A DNA stretch of 64,000 nt. Origin: Nematocida ausubeli. Taxonomy: Eukaryota. This document shows, piece by piece, positions 10,407 to 20,495 of this stretch; the first letter of the stretch is position 1, and each line of letters starts with the position of its first letter. The position numbers were made by a program, and so were the translations under genes. The stretch is from positions 310,001 to 374,000 of the forward strand of contig NW_026515634.1 in the NCBI RefSeq assembly GCF_000738915.1, written 5' to 3'. The notes beneath the pieces are model-generated. The model was not told the origin of the DNA and made no database searches. It saw only the letters and a list, made by a program, of their open reading frames with translations.

Positions 10407-11294
10407 TTAGTTGGACATGGAGGATGAATTGTCATCTGACTCATCATTTTCTTCATCAAATTGTGGTTTTGGCCCAAATACAGCGGGCTCTAATACAAGC
10501 TTGAACTCGCTCTGGTCCTGTATAACTCTTGTCTCAAGCTTTACCAAAAGATCCTTCAGAACTTTAATGCCCACCTCGCCATCCTCACACATAAGCGAAA
10601 AAGAAAAGACTGGAGAGGATATCAAAGATACATCAACCTCTGGGTATTCCTTTTCAATCTTCATAAGAATAGCCTTGATAACCAGCACCCCATTTCCTTT
10701 GTTGCACTTTGTTTCGGCATCTGCCCGCACCTTTACTTTGGGCACCACAAACTTCTGCTTCACCAGCTCCTCAATGTCCTTCAGAAGGTCGTCTGTAATA
10801 AAGTCAGTTCTTTCTAGCTTGTTCTGCAGGACGCTTTCTCCAAAGAGCACCTCTCTAAAACACTTGTACAACGAGCCAAACTCCTTCTCTGCCTCCCAGG
10901 CAAACTTTGTGTATAGAGTCTCCAGCGTGCAGTTGCATTTAACTGATATACTCTGCATGAAGTTGTGTGCTATTTTCCCCTTATAGTACTTCTCAAAGGC
11001 CTCCACTTTGTCCTCGTACTGTGCTCTTTTTTTACTTAGATCAATGTACCCCTTCTCTCTATCCACTTTCAAAACAAGAAAGCCTTCAAGAGTTCCAACC
11101 TTTATTAATTTTTGTATATTTCTTGTTCTTTTCTTTGTTAGCTCGCTGTAGATAATCAGGCCCTCGATATCGTTGTATTCTGGCAGTGTGATATATGCTC
11201 CAATGTCGGAAAAGCTTTTTATTCTCCCGATAACAACCTTTCCCTCTTTTGGGTACTTTTCAAAGTAATATCTATGTGTTTGGTTAATTTCCAT
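10407..11294 (-). CDS. SUI2: Translation initiation factor eIF2 alpha
   Basis: S1 domain GAYITLPEYNDIEGLI..SELTKKR..IQKLIKVG, VDREKGYIDLSKKR, acidic tail; CCCC directly before the ATG. Confidence 0.95.
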   Translation of the reverse strand: MEINQTHRYYFEKYPKEGKVVIGRIKSFSDIGAYITLPEYNDIEGLIIYSELTKKRTRNIQKLIKVGTLEGFLVLKVDREKGYIDLSKKRAQYEDKVEAFEKYYKGKIAHNFMQSISVKCNCTLETLYTKFAWEAEKEFGSLYKCFREVLFGESVLQNKLERTDFITDDLLKDIEELVKQKFVVPKVKVRADAETKCNKGNGVLVIKAILMKIEKEYPEVDVSLISSPVFSFSLMCEDGEVGIKVLKDLLVKLETRVIQDQSEFKLVLEPAVFGPKPQFDEENDESDDNSSSMSN

Positions 11295-11325
11295 GGGGTA
11301 TTAATATAAAATTTATTTATACAAT

Positions 11326-12444
11326 ATGCCACTTTCAAATAATAGGATAAAAGAGTTACTGAACTATAAATTTGTTGGCGTAGACGAGTCTTTTCTATAC
11401 TATCACTGCCAGATCAAATACTGGGACAGGATATTAAACTACATTCCAATGTGGGTGGCTCCAAATGCAATTACGCTTACTGGATTTATTGCAATGGTGA
11501 TTCAGACAGGTATTGTCTGGTACTTGGACTCCGGTCTGACAGGCAGTATAAAGTGTCTTCCTGCGGTTTCTGCAGCTTTTATGTGGTTCTACTCGACTCT
11601 GGACTGCCTGGATGGAATGCAAGCGCGGAGAACTGGCGCAAAGTCGCCTCTGGGGCAGTTGTTTGACCATGGTGTTGACTCAATTGTGTGTACCTTGATT
11701 ATTTATTGCGCATCCTCAGCAATCGGTCTGCAAAAAAAAAGAAGCGTGTTTTTCTTGCTTCTGTGTGCGCAGGCTGTTTTCTACTGGGTGACAACAAAAG
11801 AGTATTACACCGGTGTCTTTTATCTTGGCTTCATTGGGCCAACTGAGTCAATTGCTCTTGGATGCATCTTTTTCCTTCTATTAAGTACTGTTGGAAAAGA
11901 TAGACTTCTTCACTTCCATCCATGGATCAAGAAGAATTTTTCCTTGATTATTGAATGTATATGTACTTTTTTCTGGCTGGTTGTCACTATGTACTATCTT
12001 GTTTATATAGAGCTAAAAACCGAGTTCAAAACACAGGCAACACTGATTCTCCCAGAAGGCATCAGAACCTTCCCACATATACTTTTTATTGGGTCACAGA
12101 TTCTCACAGCTATTTCATTGCTAAACACTAGCTTTATAGAGAACAATATAGTGTTCTACTTTTATCTAGCAATTACTACAATGGAGTTTTCTCTATTTAG
12201 CATCTGGACCATATTTTCGCATCAGCTGTCAATGCCTATTTATATCCCTGCTCGGTTTATGATGCTTCCCCTGATAGCGAACTTGGTTCTGGTCTTTGCG
12301 ACCTCTAAAAGAGCTTCAATTCTTATCTCTATGATTGGCACGCTTGCCTTTATTGAGTATTTCTTAACAACAAGAGATATTATTGGTAAATGTCTTAAAG
12401 TTCTAGGAATTCCCTTTTTCTTTAATAATTATAAAGCCTCTTAA
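11326..12444 (+). CDS. Choline/ethanolamine phosphotransferase (CPT1/EPT1 family)
   Basis: CDP-alcohol phosphotransferase motif DCLDGMQARRTGAKSPLGQLFDHGVD, WVAPNAITLTG, many TMs. Confidence 0.93.
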   Translation: MPLSNNRIKELLNYKFVGVDESFLYYHCQIKYWDRILNYIPMWVAPNAITLTGFIAMVIQTGIVWYLDSGLTGSIKCLPAVSAAFMWFYSTLDCLDGMQARRTGAKSPLGQLFDHGVDSIVCTLIIYCASSAIGLQKKRSVFFLLLCAQAVFYWVTTKEYYTGVFYLGFIGPTESIALGCIFFLLLSTVGKDRLLHFHPWIKKNFSLIIECICTFFWLVVTMYYLVYIELKTEFKTQATLILPEGIRTFPHILFIGSQILTAISLLNTSFIENNIVFYFYLAITTMEFSLFSIWTIFSHQLSMPIYIPARFMMLPLIANLVLVFATSKRASILISMIGTLAFIEYFLTTRDIIGKCLKVLGIPFFFNNYKAS

Positions 12445-12638
12445 TCATTAAATGTCTGAGTTATTCAATATTGTAAACACTATACTTTTTATCCATTTTT
12501 AAAGGCTATGCACTGTGCAGCCTGCATTTTATTTTTCTGCATGCACGTTTTCTATGGGGGCGGTGCGGTGTAAGTACACTCTATTCTATATGCAGACTTG
12601 CACTAGTGTTTTTATTCCAAAGGAGCTCTAAATTTTTT

Positions 12639-13484
12639 ATGCTGAAAGCGCGGATTAAAATATTTACTGCAGCGGATAGAAAGAATGAGATATCCCGGTT
12701 CGTATACGTGTCACAAGGGCCTGTGCACTCTGTGCGAGATGCAAAAGAGGAAATAGAGGCGATCTTTTTCAGAGCGTTGAATATAAAAAAACACATATTG
12801 AGCATTGCAGATTCTGAAGGCTATATATTCAGCGAGTGGCTGCCTATTGATAAAGTGTTTAGTGATAAAGTAAGTTTGTATCTGTGTGATGAATCATGCA
12901 ATAAGTGCAAAAATAACGAGGTGGAAGAGTACACCTATGAAACAGAGGAAGAGTCAAAGGAGAAACAAGAACAGGTGGAAATAAAAATAGAAGTTCCTCC
13001 TCCAGTAGAAAGTAAGCAGAAAGCTCTACTAATACCAAAGAAAACAAGCATGCTTTCATCTATTGCATTTAAAAGAGACTTTAAACGCCCACCATTCACC
13101 GTGCACTCGGGAAAACCCATAGAAAAAGGAACCAGCCCACAGAAAGAAAGTACAGCCACACCCACTAAAAGTGAAGGGGTTGGCAGTATTTCAGAGAAGA
13201 AAGTTTCCTCAGTAAATATTAATGAAAGCACATATGAAGTGAACAACATTGTAAAGGCAAGCACTCTAAAAGGCGCCTCAAGCCACACAAAAGAAAATGA
13301 ATGCGATGAAGCCACAGACGACGCAAGCAGCACAAATATACCTTCTACTTGCTACAGCACATCTGCAGACGAAGGCGCGTCTGACAGCAGCACTGGGAGG
13401 AAATACATTCTGAAAAGATCCTTGCAAATGCAGCCAGTTCGAAAAATGCAGGTGCCTACAAGCCGATATGGAAAGAGAAAATAA
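12639..13484 (+). CDS. Hypothetical protein: N-terminal ubiquitin-like domain (Net1/Tof2/Dnt1-N-like) plus disordered S/T/K/E-rich tail
   Basis: Long ORF, ATG preceded by AAATTT. ILSIADSEGYIFSEWLPIDKVF resembles Net1 IVSLQDRHGCDLDSEFIIKDVF. Basic C-terminus. Confidence 0.55.
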   Translation: MLKARIKIFTAADRKNEISRFVYVSQGPVHSVRDAKEEIEAIFFRALNIKKHILSIADSEGYIFSEWLPIDKVFSDKVSLYLCDESCNKCKNNEVEEYTYETEEESKEKQEQVEIKIEVPPPVESKQKALLIPKKTSMLSSIAFKRDFKRPPFTVHSGKPIEKGTSPQKESTATPTKSEGVGSISEKKVSSVNINESTYEVNNIVKASTLKGASSHTKENECDEATDDASSTNIPSTCYSTSADEGASDSSTGRKYILKRSLQMQPVRKMQVPTSRYGKRK

Positions 13485-13505
13485 GAACTGTCTTTTATAT
13501 TTAAA

Positions 13506-14414
13506 ATGTTAAACAGAATTGAAGAAAAGCTTCTTTCCCACCACAAGCCCTCCAAAAGAGAGCTAAGAACCATCTGCTCGAAGGCAATGGATATCCTGCT
13601 TCTAGAACCAAACATTGTGCGGATGGAGCCTCCTGTGGTTGTGTGCGGGGACATCCATGGGCAGTACGACGATCTTCTTACAATATTCAAGATAAACGGA
13701 ACGCCAAAGAAAACCAAGTTTATATTTATGGGGGACTATGTGGATCGAGGCTTTAACTCTGTGGAGACAATTTCTCTTCTTCTCTTGTACAAAGTTATGT
13801 ATCCCCAGAACATTGTGCTTCTACGGGGAAACCACGAGTCAAGAGAGCTTACAGAGACATACGGACTTTACAAAGAAGTGTGCACAAAGTACACCTCCCA
13901 AGACGTTTGGAAGCTTCTGTGCGAGACATTCACGTTTCTGCCTCTTGCGGCACTTGTGGGAAGCAGGGTGTTCTGCGTGCATGCAGGAGTGTCTCCATAC
14001 GCCCTTACTTTTGACAAAATACTAAGGATAAATAGGTTTATGGAGATTCCAACATCTGGCCCCATGACAGACATGCTCTGGAGCGACCCAGGCATCTACC
14101 CCGGGCACTACCCAAGCGAGAGAGGCGCGGGCTACATTATTGGCCCAGATGTTGTGCAGAAGTTTCTTGTGCTCAACGATGTGCACATTATATGCCGATC
14201 GCACCAGCTTGTTAATGAAGGATATAAATTTGCATACAGCAATCGAGAGCTTGTGACTGTATGGAGTGCGCCAAACTACTGCAACCGAATGGGGAACAAA
14301 GCGACTTTTCTCAAGATCGGAAAGAATTTGAGAGTTGACGACGACTCGTTTGTTTTCTTTGAGCAAGTACAGAAACCAGCGAAAGAGATAAGAAAGCTTC
14401 CATATTTTCATTAA
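13506..14414 (+). CDS. PPP Ser/Thr phosphatase catalytic subunit, PP2A-related (PP6/Sit4 or PP4-like)
   Basis: [31 protein letters not shown]. Confidence 0.93.
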   Translation: MLNRIEEKLLSHHKPSKRELRTICSKAMDILLLEPNIVRMEPPVVVCGDIHGQYDDLLTIFKINGTPKKTKFIFMGDYVDRGFNSVETISLLLLYKVMYPQNIVLLRGNHESRELTETYGLYKEVCTKYTSQDVWKLLCETFTFLPLAALVGSRVFCVHAGVSPYALTFDKILRINRFMEIPTSGPMTDMLWSDPGIYPGHYPSERGAGYIIGPDVVQKFLVLNDVHIICRSHQLVNEGYKFAYSNRELVTVWSAPNYCNRMGNKATFLKIGKNLRVDDDSFVFFEQVQKPAKEIRKLPYFH

Positions 14415-14421
14415 TTTTTAT

Positions 14422-15297
14422 ATGAGGATAAGGGAAAACAAAAGAGTGCAAGGTAAAAAGAATAAGAGTAAGTCTACTCGCAGATTATTTGTAACTGCAG
14501 CAATTTCTATCACCGCACTAGTGCTTTTATTCATGTGGAACTCTGGGGACAGAGAAGTTGACTTTAACAAGCTTGAATATATTGTCTCTCTCCCAAGTGA
14601 TGACGCAAAGCCCAAGCTTTTTTTAAAAGAACCTATAAGAGCCTTTAACACATCAGCTACTGAGGAGGATATAGATTATTTGCGAAATAGATACGTCATT
14701 GTCCAAAGCACGTATAAAGGAAAGCTTGTAGCAAGCGTGTTCATCAATCCTTACCACTATAGAAGCAGCAACAGCTCTCCAAGCGGCCTGGTGCTAGGAT
14801 TTGAGGTGTATAATATGTATGTGTCTCCCAAATATCAAGGAAAGCAGCTGTCGATTAATCACTTATATAGAACGCTTAAGCTGGTGAAAAGTATATACAG
14901 TGTGAAAAAAGGCGAAAGCGCGTATGTAATTCTCCATGTTTCTCCACTTGACAGAGATATGAGCAAGGCGTATGCACTGTATCGAACACATGGGTTTGTG
15001 CATGGATTATTTACCGAGCACGGCCCATACTCGCTGCGCAAAAGATCCGAGATTTTCTTTAGGCCTGCCTCTTTGGATTTTATTATAGAAAACCACCCAT
15101 ATTATACTAAAGACTACACAGGCACCCGCAGTACTAAAGGGCCGAAGTTTTTGACGCTGTTTGCTAAAGTTGACGATGTTCTGCAAGCGGCAGAGATAAA
15201 TGCATATAGCAAAAATGAATACACAAAGCACAAAGAAAAAGTTGAGCACTTGCGAAAGCCTTTATTGGCGCAGTATACTTATGAAACCCATACTTAA
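14422..15297 (+). CDS. Membrane-anchored GNAT-fold acetyltransferase-like protein
   Basis: Basic N-terminus, one TM (LFVTAAISITALVLLFMW), then motif A-like MYVSPKYQGKQL and motif B-like ILHV..AYALYRTHGF. Confidence 0.6.
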   Translation: MRIRENKRVQGKKNKSKSTRRLFVTAAISITALVLLFMWNSGDREVDFNKLEYIVSLPSDDAKPKLFLKEPIRAFNTSATEEDIDYLRNRYVIVQSTYKGKLVASVFINPYHYRSSNSSPSGLVLGFEVYNMYVSPKYQGKQLSINHLYRTLKLVKSIYSVKKGESAYVILHVSPLDRDMSKAYALYRTHGFVHGLFTEHGPYSLRKRSEIFFRPASLDFIIENHPYYTKDYTGTRSTKGPKFLTLFAKVDDVLQAAEINAYSKNEYTKHKEKVEHLRKPLLAQYTYETHT

Positions 15298-15561
15298 TAA
15301 AGTACTAAGGCTTTTATATATTTAATTTTGTATGCAAAATGGATGTAGTGCCCACATGGAAAGAATCTATATAATAGTACTAAATATTTATTAGCTGTTT
15401 AAATGGTAAATCCCAAAGGTTTCCAGTATTATTTTTTCAATTTTCTATATATTATTAATATATGCAGTTTAGGTTATTTAAAGGACTACAATATGATACC
15501 ACAAACACTTGCCTTTCCTTATCTACTGAAAAGCTGCTGCATAAATGGTACATTTCCAGAC

Positions 15562-18500
15562 CTATGAGGCTATCCAACTACACCGCCGAATGACTCGGGG
15601 AGACTTCAAAAGAAGCCTGGGCACAAGCGACTTATGCACCACTTCATACACATGATGTGTATCTGTCTCAAGCCCCGATAAAACAGCCCTTCCTCGTGGA
15701 ACTATGACATACCGCTCTGTTCTGATGTCTTTTATTCTATTATACATGGTATGAGTGATTAGAGTCTCTCCACCGCTTGCCATTGAGCAAAGGCGGGCCG
15801 CTTCAATAACAGATTTCCCATAGAAGTCCAGGCGCTTTGTTATGGGATCATTTTCAACAATGCATGCCCCCTTACTTATCCCCACCCTTATTTGCAGCCC
15901 GCGGTACACAGCCTTTGCGCGCGAGTAGATCAGCGGGTTGTACTCAATTCCCATTTCAGGCCAGTTTTTTCCTAGCAGTATCCGGTGAATTTCCGACCCA
16001 AACTCCATAGCGCACTGCTCGTCATAGAAAATCATCATAAACGAGTCTCCTTCAGTTTTAACCTCATATCCGCCAAGCCTCTGCATCAGAGTCCGCACTG
16101 TTGTGTTGTGGATCTTGGACATCTGCATCATGCGAATTGAGTCCTTTGACCATAGCTTTGTGCTGTTCACAATGTCAGTGAATATAACTATGGGCACGCG
16201 GATAAACTGCGACGCGATATTATACGCAGACAGCTCTTCAAGTATCTTCAGCCCTGCTGCATCCGGGCTGTTTTTTAGTGGATGGTCCACCTTTGAAATA
16301 ATTGGCACAATAAACACAGAAACATCTCTCACCTCGTGCGAAAAAAGAAAACGCTTGATTTCCGAAATTGATCGGGTTCTTTTGTATGCAATGATAAGGT
16401 CTGTCACAGAGATTTTATGCAGGAGTGAAGTGGGAAATGCTATAATGCATTCGTCTGAGCTGTGCTTCTCAAATCCTACCGTGCTAAGTTGCGCGGTATT
16501 ACACAGATACACGCCTATTTCATCGCGGAAGAGAACCAGATTGATGTCATTGCTGCCAATTGTTCCTATGTATTTGTCTGCAATTACTACAAACGTAAGA
16601 ATGTCCACCTTGTGCGGAAACATTTTGTGTTTTATGTTTATGCACATTTCCTGCAGCCTCTTTCTGTGCTTTGAAAATCCTTTGTAGAGATCATTTCCTG
16701 TTTCAGACTGAATATGCATCATTATCTCTGCGACTGCTCTTTCAACAAGAGCTTTGATTTGTTTGTTTTTTGATGAAAAGTATGCGAAGATTTTAATTCT
16801 TGCTGGCTTGCTTTCATCCTCTGTTCTATGCGGTTTTGTCACAAACTCTCGAATCAGGTACTGCCCTCTTCTTGTTGCTCTGACCTGCTTTTTTTCTTCT
16901 TCTTTTCTGTGCTTCTCATATGGAATGTATGATCCGCACTCCAGGCATCTATTGTGGGTCCCAATAATTCCCGGAACGTTTATAAGATTCTCCTCCGGCT
17001 CGCTTAGAACTATATTTATCCCCAGCTCCGCAAGCCTCTTTTGCTTAACTTCTGTGCAGGGCATGTGCACGTTTCCCAGTGCATAGCAGGTAATCGAATC
17101 TGAGACCTCTTTTGTAGGAAGCCTAGGAAGTGACATAAGCATATTGTACGAGAGATCTGCAAGCTTGAGCCCTGGGATGCACTCCAGCCCGCGCATGGTC
17201 TCAAGCATGTTAAAGCTTGCCACAAAGCATATAAGGCCTGCCAGCCGCGAGATGTTGTCTATTTCTTTTATTTGGTTCCCAGAAATGTTTAGATGAAGCA
17301 GAGAGGTCTGTCTAATCGCTGGGTCAATTCTCACAATCTGGTTGTGCGAAACGTTCAAATACTCTATAGGAAGAGTCCACACTCTGTTTGGAATCAGATT
17401 GATTGAGTTGTATGGGAGAGAAATCGAGACAAGATTGTTGCACTCCGCACCATTTCTCTTTTGCTCTATATATGGAAACTGCAGAAGACAGTTTTTAACG
17501 CACAGGAGAGTTTTAAGATTCGGCGCGCTGATGGATAACTCCTCAAGCGTGTTATTTACCAGCTGCAGATCCACTAGAAACGGGAACTTCCCCACAAACC
17601 GCTTCATTTCCACATCTATAATCGAAACCTTCTTGAGAAGACTGAGTGCTCCATATATTCTGCGAGTTGAAAAGACCGTCCGTATGTACAGTTTCTCCGC
17701 ATACCCTTTAAATTTCTCAAGTGGGTTCCCCAGCAAGTTCAGCTCTACATAGTTGTACACACTCTCAAACTCCGTTATGTGGTTGTTTTCCAGATTAAGA
17801 TGCGGAATTTGAAGAAGCCTTGGAATTGTCTGGATGTTGTTGTTTGATGCGTTGATCGACTTAAGCCCCACACGATTCAGATTCTCTGGAAGGCTTTTCA
17901 GCGCGTTGTTTGATATATTTAGATGCGCCACGTTGGTTATAGTGAACACAACATCTGGTATTTCCTGCAGCCCCATATTCGATAGATTAAGCGTTATGTC
18001 TTTTTGAGGCTCTGCCTTCTGGTCTTCTATGAGCGCAGCCACCTCCTCCACAGGCGCGCGCACTAACGAAATTGCATAGCCTGCCCCCTTGCTATTCAAA
18101 AGCTCAACACCCCAACGCGGCAGAAGAATATACACCATAGACATGATGTAGAAAGCTGCCAAAACCCACTCCTCCCTGCTCCTTAGTATCTCCAGCAAAT
18201 CTGCTGCTGCTCTTTTGTCTCTTACCAGCAGCGCAACGATGGTTAGCCCCAAGAAAATAGCATCTGCAGTGTGAATCATAGCGAATGAGCCGTCTGAGGT
18301 GTCTGCTATTAGTCTGATAACATCAAATTTTGCCCTTGGTGGGCCTGCAGCGGGCATTTCAGCTGCATACATCAGATGATACGCCTTCTCTGAGTACACT
18401 GCATCCTGGTCGTCTTTTTTCTCTTTTGTATTTACAATAATCTGCATTTCAAACCCACAGTTTCTAAATATTTTACTCTCTGGTATGAGTGTCTGGTTCT

Positions 18501-18963
18501 TTATGCTTAGCAGTGAATTATTTAGCTTCCACTGTATGATCTCCAGCAAGGGCCTGTCCTCCACTGAAAGGATTTTTTCGCCTTGGCTTGCTCCAAGCTT
18601 TAGAAGAAGCTCATTTTCTCCAAACCCTTGCAGAATGCCCATGTTCCTCCATACCGCATGCAGAATATCGCCCGCTGTTGTTTCGTAGTTAAGATTCATT
18701 TCTACCTTTTTGCCAAAGATATCAAACTGCATGCTTACTTCGTCGGTTGGCACCATAACAGTCATAAATTTCGAATGGTTTGCACTTTCGGATATCTTTA
18801 TCATTGGATGCCACAGCACCTCATGCTTCTGGACCACGAATCTTTTAAAAACGTGCATTGGTACTGTTTCCTTGGTTTCCCTTATGTGCAAAATGCGCTC
18901 TTCTTCTTTTTTCATATGTAGCTTTTTCTGCATTGTGCTTTCGAGTGCTTCTTGAATTCTCAT
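15562..18963 (-). CDS. CYR1: Adenylate cyclase, fungal Cyr1-type (LRR + degenerate PP2C-like region + class III cyclase)
   Basis: LRRs (LNLSNMGL, LNISNNAL, LNVSHNQI). Cyclase motifs IIFTDIVNSTKLW, GYEVKTEGDSFM, GLQIRVGI, RLDFYGKSVIEAARL. Confidence 0.9.
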   Translation of the reverse strand: MRIQEALESTMQKKLHMKKEEERILHIRETKETVPMHVFKRFVVQKHEVLWHPMIKISESANHSKFMTVMVPTDEVSMQFDIFGKKVEMNLNYETTAGDILHAVWRNMGILQGFGENELLLKLGASQGEKILSVEDRPLLEIIQWKLNNSLLSIKNQTLIPESKIFRNCGFEMQIIVNTKEKKDDQDAVYSEKAYHLMYAAEMPAAGPPRAKFDVIRLIADTSDGSFAMIHTADAIFLGLTIVALLVRDKRAAADLLEILRSREEWVLAAFYIMSMVYILLPRWGVELLNSKGAGYAISLVRAPVEEVAALIEDQKAEPQKDITLNLSNMGLQEIPDVVFTITNVAHLNISNNALKSLPENLNRVGLKSINASNNNIQTIPRLLQIPHLNLENNHITEFESVYNYVELNLLGNPLEKFKGYAEKLYIRTVFSTRRIYGALSLLKKVSIIDVEMKRFVGKFPFLVDLQLVNNTLEELSISAPNLKTLLCVKNCLLQFPYIEQKRNGAECNNLVSISLPYNSINLIPNRVWTLPIEYLNVSHNQIVRIDPAIRQTSLLHLNISGNQIKEIDNISRLAGLICFVASFNMLETMRGLECIPGLKLADLSYNMLMSLPRLPTKEVSDSITCYALGNVHMPCTEVKQKRLAELGINIVLSEPEENLINVPGIIGTHNRCLECGSYIPYEKHRKEEEKKQVRATRRGQYLIREFVTKPHRTEDESKPARIKIFAYFSSKNKQIKALVERAVAEIMMHIQSETGNDLYKGFSKHRKRLQEMCINIKHKMFPHKVDILTFVVIADKYIGTIGSNDINLVLFRDEIGVYLCNTAQLSTVGFEKHSSDECIIAFPTSLLHKISVTDLIIAYKRTRSISEIKRFLFSHEVRDVSVFIVPIISKVDHPLKNSPDAAGLKILEELSAYNIASQFIRVPIVIFTDIVNSTKLWSKDSIRMMQMSKIHNTTVRTLMQRLGGYEVKTEGDSFMMIFYDEQCAMEFGSEIHRILLGKNWPEMGIEYNPLIYSRAKAVYRGLQIRVGISKGACIVENDPITKRLDFYGKSVIEAARLCSMASGGETLITHTMYNRIKDIRTERYVIVPRGRAVLSGLETDTHHVYEVVHKSLVPRLLLKSPRVIRRCSWIAS

Positions 18964-20495
18964 ATATATTTTTTTGGATCTTTCTTTTTTATACTATATC
19001 TTTGTGCAGTCTAGCTTTCTTACCTCTAGGCCTGCTTTTCTTGAGTGCTTTTCTTTCCTAAAAAGCGCTCTACCCCATCTTATATCTTCTATTCTACTGC
19101 ACTGTGCTTTTCTTAGTTGCTTTCTGTTAGTCTATACAAAATGTGATCTATTGTTTTTTTGTGATCAAGTTGATGCGTTATTGCTTAGTAACCCTGTAAA
19201 TAAATATATATTGTTGGGACATAGACTCAGTATATACACAATAAAATAAACAGATATTTTGGTAAATTTCAGTATGGGTTATCGGTGCTTTGTATTTTTC
19301 ATACTCTTGAATTTTTGACTACTATAACCCTGGTAATAACATCACCTGTGTCCAATTCAGTAAATATAATATATTATACAAAAAGGATTATTATGGATAT
19401 TTTGCTAGATAGAACAGAAGATATTCTACATTTAAGCATAGCACACATACACACTCTCTTTCAAAGCATATGCATGTGGTTTTCTATTACAATATAAATA
19501 GATATTATATAATCTTTGGTTGCAATGTTATTTGCATGTATAAAGTCTTTGCATTATTATGCTTTTCTTGTTTGATCCGCTGTATAATCCAGATACAAGA
19601 TAAATGTGAGCACGACTTGTCAATACTAATAGGCATGGATGCTATGTAAGACTTTCAAAAATATTTTTGTGCCGAAGTATTCTAGTTCTTTAAAAATCCT
19701 ATATATAGGAAGTATATACTTTATTTAAGAAAGTATTTGTGTGGTATTAATAAAGAAGCAAAAGTATACTATTGCACATAGAATATAGGGCTATCTAAGG
19801 TCTCCGCTTCATTATGCTAATATATTCTGCTTTGGCATATCATATTGTCTATTTTCTTGTATTTTGATGTGCTCTCTTTCTAAAGTCATTTGATGTAGTG
19901 TATGCCAAGAGTATTGTAGAGCTTTATATTATTTTTCTGCACTGGGCCCTTTTTCGGAAAAATAAACTCTTCTACACTACACACACAAATATTTAGCAGA
20001 AGGCTTTATTTCTTGTAAAAAAAAGCGAAAGCACAGGAAAATCAAACAAGTGACACATTTCAAAGACCCATCTGATTGTCAATTACACAAGGAGAAAAAC
20101 AAGACATAAAACAAATGCTTTGCAAGAAGCACCCAACGAACGCAGAATAAAATGTAGCATAATATTAGAATGCTATTGGGATATTTACTAATATGCACAC
20201 TGCGATAGAGCAATAGTATCAAAATACTCTGGCTAGATATGAATAATCATGGCGGACCCACTTTGTTACCAGTATTTATGTTAATATACCATAATTCACT
20301 AGTAATTCAAGAAAAGACCTCTTTATGATTGTAATGCATGTGTACATTCCATTTTATGGCTTATGCGTGCTTGAAAAATAGAAAGTTCTGAAAACACCAA
20401 GGTATAGTATCTAAATTTTATTTTAAGGATGTGCATGCTCCATCTAAATAACATGAATAGCCAGAATCGCTAGGATTCACCATTTCATATCCATG

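Noticed and set aside
18964..20495. 1.5-kb gap with short ORFs, checked for pseudogene or transposon remains
   Set aside because: The ORFs are low-complexity AT-rich noise; I recognised no transposase or RT motifs and no terminal repeats.
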